Shown here: one piece after another, positions 56,927 to 64,000 of the stretch
How positions within the stretch are numbered: the first letter of the stretch is position 1
Layout of the letters: each line of letters opens with the position of its first letter
Source of the DNA: an uncultured Actinomycetes bacterium
GTDB lineage: Bacteria > Actinomycetota > Acidimicrobiia > IMCC26256 > JACDBD01
Length of the DNA: 64,000 nucleotides
Reading direction: 5' to 3'
Assembly (NCBI GenBank): GCA_963781615.1
Contig: CAWAGI010000007.1
Coordinates: forward strand, 87,652-151,651
Notes under the pieces: generated by a model
Seen by the model: only the letters and a program-made list of their open reading frames with translations
Told to the model about the DNA's origin: nothing
Database searches by the model: none
Made by a program: the position numbers and the translations under genes

Positions 56927-56940
56927 GAACTACAAACGCC

Positions 56941-57825
56941 CTACAGGTCGAAGAAGATCCCGTTGTTCCACGGGAACACGAAGTTGAAGCCCGGGCCGCG
57001 GAAGAACGAGCCGATGATGACGAGCACGGCCCAGAGCATCAGGAACAAGGTGAAGATCGAGATCGCGAACTTCCGGTCGGTCGGCGCGTGCGACGGGTTC
57101 TTGTCGATGAACGGCGCGACCCCCAGCAGGAACAACCCCATGCCGGGGATCGTCACTCCCGCGATCATCGGGTGGAACATCGTGAGCAGCTCCTGGAGGC
57201 CCAGGAAGTACCACGGCGCCTTCGACGGGTTCGGCGTCTTGTTGAAGTCGGCCAACCCGAGCAACGGCGCGCGCACGAGCGCCGAGAACACCAGCATGCC
57301 CGCCGTCACGACCAGCACCGCCGCGAACTCGATGACCAGCAGGTGCGGCCACACGTGGACCTTGTCCTGCGCCTCGGCGCGGGTCTGTTGGATCGAGCCC
57401 GACTTGACGACCGTGAGCAGCCGCTGCGTGTGACCACCGGGACCGGTGGCCGTCGGGGTGGGCTTCGGCGCGGTCGCGGTGGCGGTGGCCCCCCCGCCGG
57501 TGGTGGCGGCGGCCGCCGCCGCCGGTTCCGCCGCTCCGCCGTCGCCACCGTCGCCAGCGAGTTGCGCCCGCCGGCGCTTCGACCGCTCGAGCAGGTGGGC
57601 GGGAACGCCGCTCGCAGCAGCAGCGGCGGCGGTGTCGTCGCCTTCGGCTGAGGCGGGCGCGGCCGCGGCGGGTGCCTCCGCGGCCGTCTCGCCGGCGGCT
57701 TCCGCCGGTGCCTCGGGCGCGCCGGCCTCGGCGCCTTCGTCGCCCTCCTCGCCCGGGACGGGGAGACCCAGCGCCTTGCGCCGTTCCCGGCTGCGGCGGA
57801 GCAGGTGCTCGGGGACTTCGGTCAT
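56941..57825 (-). CDS. cytochrome b C-terminal domain / subunit IV-like protein with a 140-aa N-terminal extension
   Basis: The C-terminal 150 aa have three helices and a Qo-site PEWY-type motif, APWYFLGLQELL. The N-terminal part is Ala/Glu/Pro-rich, with a duplicated basic motif. Confidence 0.8.
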   Translation of the reverse strand: MTEVPEHLLRRSRERRKALGLPVPGEEGDEGAEAGAPEAPAEAAGETAAEAPAAAAPASAEGDDTAAAAAASGVPAHLLERSKRRRAQLAGDGGDGGAAEPAAAAAATTGGGATATATAPKPTPTATGPGGHTQRLLTVVKSGSIQQTRAEAQDKVHVWPHLLVIEFAAVLVVTAGMLVFSALVRAPLLGLADFNKTPNPSKAPWYFLGLQELLTMFHPMIAGVTIPGMGLFLLGVAPFIDKNPSHAPTDRKFAISIFTLFLMLWAVLVIIGSFFRGPGFNFVFPWNNGIFFDL

Positions 57826-57841
57826 CGAACCCTTCTCATCC

Positions 57842-58636
57842 TTACAGCGGCCCGGAGAGCCCGCCGTCCTTGCGGACTCGCCAGAAGTGCACGGCCATGA
57901 AGATGACGATCACGAACGGGAGGAGTAACACGTGCAACGTGTACCAGCGTAAGAGGGTGTCGTTGGATATCTCAGACGAGCCGAGCAGCACGAACTTGAC
58001 CTGGGAGCCGAAGACCGGCGTGTAGCCCATCATGTTCGTGCCCACGGTGACCGCCCACAGCGCGAGCTGGTCCCACGGCAGCAGGTAGCCGGTGAACGAG
58101 AGCAGCAGCGTCAGCGTCAGCAGGATGACGCCGATGACCCAGTTGAACTCGCGGGGTGACTTGTAGGCGCCGTGGTAGAAGACCCGGCTCATGTGCAGGA
58201 ACACGGTCAGCACCATGAGGTGCGCCGCCCATCGATGCATGTTCCGCACGATCGAGCCGAACGTCACCGCCGTTTCCAACGTCTGCACGGTGTCCCAGGC
58301 CGACGCCGCCGTCGGGCGGTAGAAGAACATCAGGAAGATGCCGGTGATGGTCAGCAGGATGAACAGGAAGAACGAGATGCCGCCGAGGCAGAGCGTGTAA
58401 GAGACCTTCACCGCGTGCCGCTTCACCTTGACGGGGTGAAGGTGGTACAGCACGTTGTTCATGATCACGTAGGAGCGGTTGCGGGGACTGTCCGTGTACC
58501 CGCGCCGGAACACCGAGCCCGGCCGGAAGATCGACGTCCACGCCTGCGAGCCGCGAACCTTCTGGTCGGCCGTCTCGAGGGCCTTGGTGAGCCGCCGCTC
58601 CCCGTTCCCGTTCGCTCCGTTACCTCGCTTGGCCAC
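57842..58636 (-). CDS. qcrB: cytochrome b N-terminal domain (b6-like, four-helix) protein
   Basis: Haem-ligand histidine pairs in RNMHRWAAHLMVLTVFLH and YTLHVLLLPFVIVIFMAVH. The protein ends after helix D, so cytochrome b is split. Confidence 0.85.
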   Translation of the reverse strand: MAKRGNGANGNGERRLTKALETADQKVRGSQAWTSIFRPGSVFRRGYTDSPRNRSYVIMNNVLYHLHPVKVKRHAVKVSYTLCLGGISFFLFILLTITGIFLMFFYRPTAASAWDTVQTLETAVTFGSIVRNMHRWAAHLMVLTVFLHMSRVFYHGAYKSPREFNWVIGVILLTLTLLLSFTGYLLPWDQLALWAVTVGTNMMGYTPVFGSQVKFVLLGSSEISNDTLLRWYTLHVLLLPFVIVIFMAVHFWRVRKDGGLSGPL

Positions 58637-58724
58637 GAACCCGTCTCCTAAGTAAGCGAGCTTCGCTTCGCTGCGCCGTCTGCTCGTCCCTGCTTCGGTG
58701 CCGCGTCGAGTGTCGGACGGTCCA

Positions 58725-59138
58725 TCAGAACCTCACGCCGTAGGAGTAGCCGTGGCGGTCGGTGCGGGTGTGGGGGTCGCCTTCGGCGATCTGTTGGGAG
58801 ATCTTGCCGAGGATGATGACGCCGGTGGGGCAGCGGTCGACGCAGAGGGCGCAGCGGGTGCAGACGTCTTCGTCGACGATGAAGGCGACGTGGTCGCTGG
58901 GGTCTTCGCCGGGCTGTTCGGTGTCGGTGGCATCCGAGATGGCGTCGACCGAGACCATGTGGATGCATTTCCAGGGGCAGATGTCGACGCAGCCTTCGCA
59001 GAGGATGCATTCGGCCTGGTCGATGTGGAGGAACTGCTTGGGCTTGACCGCCGAGGTGAGGAACGCCGGGTCGACTTCTTGGAGCTCGTAGTCGGTGACG
59101 AAGTCCGGCATCGGCGGGTTCGCGTCGGTCTTGGCCAT
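58725..59138 (-). CDS. 2x[4Fe-4S] ferredoxin-domain protein
   Basis: CILCEGCVDICP and CTRCALCVDRCP cluster motifs. The gene sits 88 nt upstream of the cytochrome b gene on the same strand. Confidence 0.8.
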   Translation of the reverse strand: MAKTDANPPMPDFVTDYELQEVDPAFLTSAVKPKQFLHIDQAECILCEGCVDICPWKCIHMVSVDAISDATDTEQPGEDPSDHVAFIVDEDVCTRCALCVDRCPTGVIILGKISQQIAEGDPHTRTDRHGYSYGVRF

Positions 59139-59142
59139 CTCG

Positions 59143-59802
59143 TTACGCCTTCGACTTCACGGGTCGGCCGAACCGAGACGTGCGCAAGACCTTGCCCTCT
59201 TCGTCGACCGCCTCCGGCTTGGGCACGAGCCGGCTCTGCCACATCACGAACAACCGCAGGTTGAGGAGGAAGAAGACGCCGTAGATCGCCACGACGATGA
59301 AGTCGCGCAACTGCTGGTAGTTCGGCTTGATCGCGTACGTCTCGAACAGGACCTTGTCCGGCGTCCACTGCAGGTACTTGTCAGAGAACGTGATCCACTC
59401 GTGCGGGATGACGCCGTACGCCAGCGTCAAGAGGAAGAACGTTCCGACCGCGCCCGCCATGGCCTCGGCCCAGGTGGTCGGTCGGTCCTGGGGCCGCGGA
59501 TCGCGCGACACGACCATCGCCAGGGCGAGCGCGACGACCCCGAAGACGATCGTCCAGACCATGAGGATCTGGATCGCCGGGAAGAAGCCACCGATCAGGT
59601 AGCAGCCGATGATGAGCAGGATCGCGAGGGGCACACCCTGCTTCGGCTTCAGGATCTTGGTCTGGAGCGGCGGCCGGATCAGTGCGAACACGAACGCGAG
59701 CCCGATGGCGATCGCCAGCAACGAGAAGATGAGCCGCCCCGCCGGGTGCGCCCACCCGAAGAACCAGCGGTCCAGGACGCTCTGCGGAATCAGGTTGGGC
59801 AT
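59143..59802 (-). CDS. hypothetical multi-pass membrane protein, first gene of the bc cluster
   Basis: 219-aa ORF with several hydrophobic helices. It ends 4 nt before the ferredoxin start. No family recognised, and it does not resemble CtaE. Confidence 0.6.
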   Translation of the reverse strand: MPNLIPQSVLDRWFFGWAHPAGRLIFSLLAIAIGLAFVFALIRPPLQTKILKPKQGVPLAILLIIGCYLIGGFFPAIQILMVWTIVFGVVALALAMVVSRDPRPQDRPTTWAEAMAGAVGTFFLLTLAYGVIPHEWITFSDKYLQWTPDKVLFETYAIKPNYQQLRDFIVVAIYGVFFLLNLRLFVMWQSRLVPKPEAVDEEGKVLRTSRFGRPVKSKA

Positions 59803-60020
59803 GAGCCCGAGTGCCCTCCCGTCGCACGGCGCCGCGCTCCACGCCGCCGCGGCTCCGAATACGTCGTCGTGTTACCACGCTAGAGGAGGCTTGGGCACAT
59901 TGGGCAACGGGACGACACGAGGCGCGTGCACCAAGCCTTGTGAACTTGTGCGACGAGGGGTGCGTGCGACCGGTCGGGGCGCGCTGTGACACCATTCGAC
60001 GGTGCGACGGGGACGTCCTG

Positions 60021-61268
60021 ATGGCTGATCGCTTCGACGTGCTGGTGATCGGCGGAGGGCCGTCGGGCGCCGCCGCCGCGTACTGGCTCGCCCAGCGCGG
60101 GCGGCGGGTGCTCGTCGTCGAGAAGAAGCGGTTCCCCCGTGAGAAGACCTGCGGCGACGGGCTGACGCCCCGGGCGGTGCGTGAGCTCCACGACATGGGT
60201 CTCGCCGAGCCGCTGGCCGACTACCTGCGCTACGACGGCCTGCGGTCGATCGCCCACGGCGTCACGCTCGAGCTCGCCTGGCCGGACCACCCCGAGTTCC
60301 CCCCGTACGGCTACGTCATCCGCCGCCGGGAGCTCGACGAGATGGTCGCCGGCCAGGCGGTGAAGGCCGGGGCCACGCTCTGGCCGGCCGCCGAGGCCAC
60401 CGAGCCCCTGGTCGAGGGCGGCCTCGTGACGGGGGCGATCGTCCACCGCAAGGAGAGCGGCACGCGGGAGCCGGTCCGAGCCCGCTACCTCGTCGTCGCC
60501 GACGGCGCGAACTCCCGGTTCGGCCGGGCGCTCGGCGCGGCACGCGATCGCTCGTACCCGCTGGGGATGGCGGTACGCGGCTACTTCCGGAGCCCGTACC
60601 ACGACGACCCGTGGATCGAGAGCCACCTCGACCTGCGCGACCGCGACGGCAACCACCTGCCCGGGTACGGGTGGGTGTTCCCGGTGGGGGACGGCACCGT
60701 GAACGTCGGGGTCGGCCTGCTGTCGACGTTCGCGGGCTGGAAGTCCGTGAACACCAGTCACCTGATGGACGCGTTCACGGCCACCGCGCCGGCGCGCTGG
60801 GGTATCAGCCCGGAGACGTCGTGCGGTCCTCCGACCGGCGGCAAGCTCCCGACCGGCGGGTCCGTGCGGCCCGCGACCGGTCCGACGTGGGTCGTCGTCG
60901 GCGACGCCGGCGCCGCGATCAACCCGTTCAACGGCGAGGGGATCGCCTACGCCTACGCGACGGGACGGCTCGCGGCCGACTCGCTCGAGCTCGCCCTCGC
61001 CAGCGGCGACGGGCTCGCCCTGCAGCGCTACCCCGAGCGGCTCCAGGAGCTGTACGGGCTCTACTTCAAGGTTGCTCGCGCGTTCGTGAAGGCGATCGGG
61101 AACCCGGCCGTGATGCGCGAGCTCACCCGGGTCGGGATGCGCTCCCGCACGCTGATGGAGTGGGTGCTGCGGATCATGGCCAACCTGCTCCGCCCCGACG
61201 AGCTCGGCCCGGCCGAAGCCGCGTACAAAGCGTTGGCCGCGCTCGTCGCCGTCGCGCCGGAGCCGTAG
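60021..61268 (+). CDS. geranylgeranyl reductase family flavoprotein (MenJ-like)
   Basis: ATG 60021 inside ORF 59811..61268. Motifs: FDVLVIGGGPSGAAAAYWLAQRG, FPREKTCGDGLTPRAV, VVGDAGAAINPFNGEGI. Confidence 0.8.
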   Translation: MADRFDVLVIGGGPSGAAAAYWLAQRGRRVLVVEKKRFPREKTCGDGLTPRAVRELHDMGLAEPLADYLRYDGLRSIAHGVTLELAWPDHPEFPPYGYVIRRRELDEMVAGQAVKAGATLWPAAEATEPLVEGGLVTGAIVHRKESGTREPVRARYLVVADGANSRFGRALGAARDRSYPLGMAVRGYFRSPYHDDPWIESHLDLRDRDGNHLPGYGWVFPVGDGTVNVGVGLLSTFAGWKSVNTSHLMDAFTATAPARWGISPETSCGPPTGGKLPTGGSVRPATGPTWVVVGDAGAAINPFNGEGIAYAYATGRLAADSLELALASGDGLALQRYPERLQELYGLYFKVARAFVKAIGNPAVMRELTRVGMRSRTLMEWVLRIMANLLRPDELGPAEAAYKALAALVAVAPEP

Positions 61269-61345
61269 TCGCAGCTTGAGCCGCGTCGGCGGCACCGCGG
61301 TAGCCTGCGCGCGCCAGGCCACCGGAACGGTGACATGGGAGCGAG

Positions 61346-61812
61346 ATGACCGCCTACCTGCCGATCCTGACGATGATCTGTCTGGTCGTGGTGTTCATCG
61401 CGGCGTCGTTTCTCGCTCGCAGCTGCTCGGACCGCGACGGCCGACGTCGGCGAAGCAGGCGCCCTACGAGTCCGGGATCGTGCCCGAGCAGGAGCCGACC
61501 GAGCGCTTCCCGGTGAAGTTCTATCTCGTCGCGATGACGTTCATCGTCCTCGACGTCGAGATCATCTTCCTCTATCCCTTCACGACGATCTTCCGGAACT
61601 TCGTACCGGCCGCGTACGGGCTCGTCATCATGGGCGTGTTCCTGCTCACGCTGCTCGTGCCGTTCGCGTACCTGCTGTCGACGGGCGCGCTCGACTGGGG
61701 CCCCGTGCGCCGGCTCGTGGGCCGGGCGAGCGCGGGCGTGCTGCGCGCGTCGGGGAAGCCCGGTGCGCGCGGTCTTGATCCCGCCGGCGAGCGCGAGACG
61801 GAAGCAGCCTGA
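61346..61812 (+). pseudogene. nuoA: NADH-quinone oxidoreductase subunit A, frame broken at about 61421 as sequenced
   Basis: ATG 61346 gives MTAYLPILTMICLVVVFIAASFLAR. The next frame (ORF 61276..61812) continues with [52 protein letters not shown]. One base appears to be missing between them. Confidence 0.85.
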
Positions 61813-62365
61813 TGGGGCTCGACCAGGTCCCGTACTCGTTCCTCACCGGGCGACTCGAAGATCTCGTGAAGTGGGCGCGCCGCAACTCGGTGTGGCCGGC
61901 CACATTCGGGCTCGCGTGCTGCGCGCTCGAGATGATGGCAGCGGGCGCCGCGCACTACGACCTCGCGCGCTACGGGATGGAGGTCTTCCCGCGAGTCCCC
62001 GCCAGGCCGACCTCATGATCGTCGCCGGCCGAGTCAGCCAGAAGATGGGGCCGGTGCTGCGCCAGGTGTACGACCAGATGGTCGAGCCCAAGTGGGTCAT
62101 CTCGATGGGCGTGTGCGCGAGCACGGGCGGGATGTTCAACAACTACGCGCTCGTGCAGGGCGTCGACCAGATCGTGCCCGTCGACATCTACGTTCCCGGT
62201 TGCCCGCCCGGTCCCGAGACGCTCATGTACGGGATCCTCATGCTCCACGACGAGATCCGGAGCGGCGAGATCATGAAGCGGCGCGCCCGCACCAGCCACG
62301 GCGGCGCCGGCATCCAGGTCGAGCAGCGCGACGGCACCCCGGCCGACAACTTGGCCACCCGGTAG
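61812..62365 (+). pseudogene. nuoB: NADH-quinone oxidoreductase subunit B, frame broken at about 61989 as sequenced
   Basis: ORF 61812..62018 gives [16 protein letters not shown]...YGMEVF. ORF 61763..62365 continues with [38 protein letters not shown]. One base appears to be missing after EVF. Confidence 0.85.
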
Positions 62366-62391
62366 GACGGCGTCCCGAGGACCACGACACG

Positions 62392-62991
62392 ATGCCTGAT
62401 GACGACGCTCGTGAAGACGCTCACAAGAACGCCGACGCGGACGTAGAAGATGTAGAAGATAAGGAGAAGAGCGCGCCGCCTCCCCCTGACGACGAGGTGG
62501 CGGCGGCCGTCGTCGAGAGGTTCCCGGGCACGGTGTTCCACCGCTCCCACGGCCAGCCCGTCGTGTACGTCGACCGCGCGGTGTGGGCGGACCTGGGTGG
62601 GTTCCTGCGTGACGAGCAGCAGTTCACCCAGTGCGTCGACGTGACCGCCGTCGACCATCTCGTCGACGCCGCCCGGCTCTCGGTACCGGGCGTAGCGCCG
62701 GAGCGCTTCGAGGTGGTCGCGAACTTCCTCTCGCACCCCCGCAACCGGCGCATCCGGGCGATCTGCGAGGTGCCGGCCGACGACGCGTCGGTGCCGAGCC
62801 TCACCCGGACGTTCCCGGGCGTGAACTTCGGCGAACGCGAGGTCTACGACCTGTTCGGCATCACGTTCACCGACCATCCCGACCTCACCCGAATCCTCAT
62901 GCCCGACGACTGGGTGGGGTACCCGCTGCGCAAGGACGACGCCCCCGCCCGCGTGCCCGTCACGTTCAAAGAAGACCCGAGGCCGCGATGA
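62392..62991 (+). CDS. nuoC: NADH-quinone oxidoreductase subunit C
   Basis: ATG 62392 inside ORF 62092..62991. Motifs: FTQCVDVTAVDHL, FEVVANFLSH, EREVYDLFGITFTDHPDLTRILMPDDW. Confidence 0.88.
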   Translation: MPDDDAREDAHKNADADVEDVEDKEKSAPPPPDDEVAAAVVERFPGTVFHRSHGQPVVYVDRAVWADLGGFLRDEQQFTQCVDVTAVDHLVDAARLSVPGVAPERFEVVANFLSHPRNRRIRAICEVPADDASVPSLTRTFPGVNFGEREVYDLFGITFTDHPDLTRILMPDDWVGYPLRKDDAPARVPVTFKEDPRPR

Positions 62992-64000
62992 GTGAAACCC
63001 GAGACCCCACCGATGGCACCGAAGACCGGACGAAGCACGTCTTCCTCTCCGACCCGGCCCTGACCCGACTCACCGACGAAGGCTCCCAGGAGCTCGTCGT
63101 CACGGGCGGCCCCTGGCCCGAGGACGAGGCCGAGGGCGACACGATGATCATCAACATGGGCCCGCAACACCCGTCGACCCATGGCGTGCTGCGCGTGATG
63201 CTCGAGCTCGACGCCGAGACGATCATCCGCGCCAAGCCCGTCGTCGGCTACCTCCACACGGGAATGGAGAAGACGGGCGAGGAGCTCACGTACGTGCAGG
63301 GCGCGACGAACGTGACGCGCATGGACTACGCGTCGCCGCTCTCGAACGAGCTCGTGTTCTCGATGGCGGTCGAGCAGCTCCTCGACGTCGAGGTCCCGCC
63401 CCGCGCCACCTGGATCCGCATGTACCTGAGCGAACTCAACCGCATCGCGTCGCACCTGCTGTGGCAGGCCACGAACGGCCTGGACATGGGAGCGCTGTCG
63501 ATGATCATCTACGGCTGGCGCGAGCGGGAAGAGACGCTGCGGCTCCTCGAGAAGATCACCGGGCTCCGGATGAACAACAACTACATCCGCCCCGGCGGTG
63601 TCGCCGCCGAGCTGCCCGACGGTTGGCAGGACGACACACTCGAGCTCTGCAACCTCGTCGAGAAGGGGACTGCCGAGTACGACGAACTGCTCACGGGGAA
63701 CCCGATCTGGCAGGAGCGGCTGCAGGGCGTGGGCGTGATCACCACCGAGCAGGCGCTCGCGCTCAGCGCCACCGGCCCGATCCTCCGCTCGACCGGCTTC
63801 CCGTGGGACTTGCGCAAGTCCCAGCCGTGCCTCGCGTACGACGAGGTCGACTTCGACGTGATCTACACGCAGAACGGCGACTGCTACGACCGCTACCGGC
63901 TTCGGCTCCAGGAGATCCTCGAGTCGGTGAAGATCGTGCGCCAGTGCATCGACAAGATGCCCGCGGGGGACTACCGGGTACAGGACCGGAAGGTCACGCC
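62988..64000 (+). CDS. nuoD: NADH-quinone oxidoreductase subunit D (3-prime end outside window)
   Basis: ATG 62988 overlaps the nuoC stop (ATGA) and the frame stays open to the window end. Motifs: MIINMGPQHPSTHGVLRVMLELD, GYLHTGMEK, RMNNNYIRPGGV. It is absent from the ORF track because no stop is reached. Confidence 0.88.
   Translation, partial: MSETRDPTDGTEDRTKHVFLSDPALTRLTDEGSQELVVTGGPWPEDEAEGDTMIINMGPQHPSTHGVLRVMLELDAETIIRAKPVVGYLHTGMEKTGEELTYVQGATNVTRMDYASPLSNELVFSMAVEQLLDVEVPPRATWIRMYLSELNRIASHLLWQATNGLDMGALSMIIYGWREREETLRLLEKITGLRMNNNYIRPGGVAAELPDGWQDDTLELCNLVEKGTAEYDELLTGNPIWQERLQGVGVITTEQALALSATGPILRSTGFPWDLRKSQPCLAYDEVDFDVIYTQNGDCYDRYRLRLQEILESVKIVRQCIDKMPAGDYRVQDRKVT

Noticed and set aside
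59937-59954. A Rex operator in the divergent region between the bc cluster and the MenJ-like gene (CTTGTGAACTTGTGCGAC).
   Set aside because: Only one half-site (TTGTGAA, 59938-59944) matches the consensus. The expected TTCACAA partner at N4 spacing is absent. The sequence looks more like a short direct repeat of CTTGTG.
564-62365. Programmed ribosomal frameshifting as the explanation for the eleven frame breaks.
   Set aside because: I saw no slippery heptamers or stimulatory structures at the junctions. The affected families are not known to use recoding. Both shift directions occur, and the junctions lie in alternating G/C strings typical of sequencing compressions.

Overview
This is a 64-kb, very GC-rich chromosomal segment (roughly 70 percent GC by eye, not computed). 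It looks actinobacterial: it carries mshA for mycothiol, bldC, rex, an RsiG-like gene and a Glu-Asp-Phe tRNA cluster. The content is almost entirely core metabolism. In order it holds: a purine cluster (purD-B-C-S-Q, purL, purF-M); four tRNAs flanking a small block of secreted proteins; a bioA-F-D operon; a run of SDR/VOC/LLM/HIT enzyme genes; a zinc homeostasis locus (znuACB, CDF exporter, MauE/DsbA pair, zur); sodA, mshA and proC; an 8-kb rex-sirC-hemA-hemC-cobA/hemD-hemB-hemL haem cluster; an eight-gene Rieske/cytochrome bc cluster; a MenJ-like geranylgeranyl reductase; and nuoA-D, which run off the window. I saw no rRNA, CRISPR array, transposase, integrase or phage genes. The main observations are: (1) The bc cluster has a split cytochrome b, a 2x[4Fe-4S] ferredoxin and three uncharacterised membrane proteins. 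(2) Eleven conserved genes, including purB, hemL, nuoA, nuoB, sodA and mshA, carry single-nucleotide frame breaks. These are most likely sequence errors, and two of them create misleading chimeric ORFs. (3) One gene looks like the c-di-GMP-binding anti-sigma factor RsiG. (4) One secreted protein contains a near-identical 128-codon internal duplication rich in Gly, Asn and Cys. (5) A 182-nt nested hairpin lies in an intergenic region. (6) A MoaD/ThiS-type GG-terminated ORF is missing from the ORF track because it has no ATG/GTG/TTG start. All family assignments come from motif recognition by eye. No database search was run.
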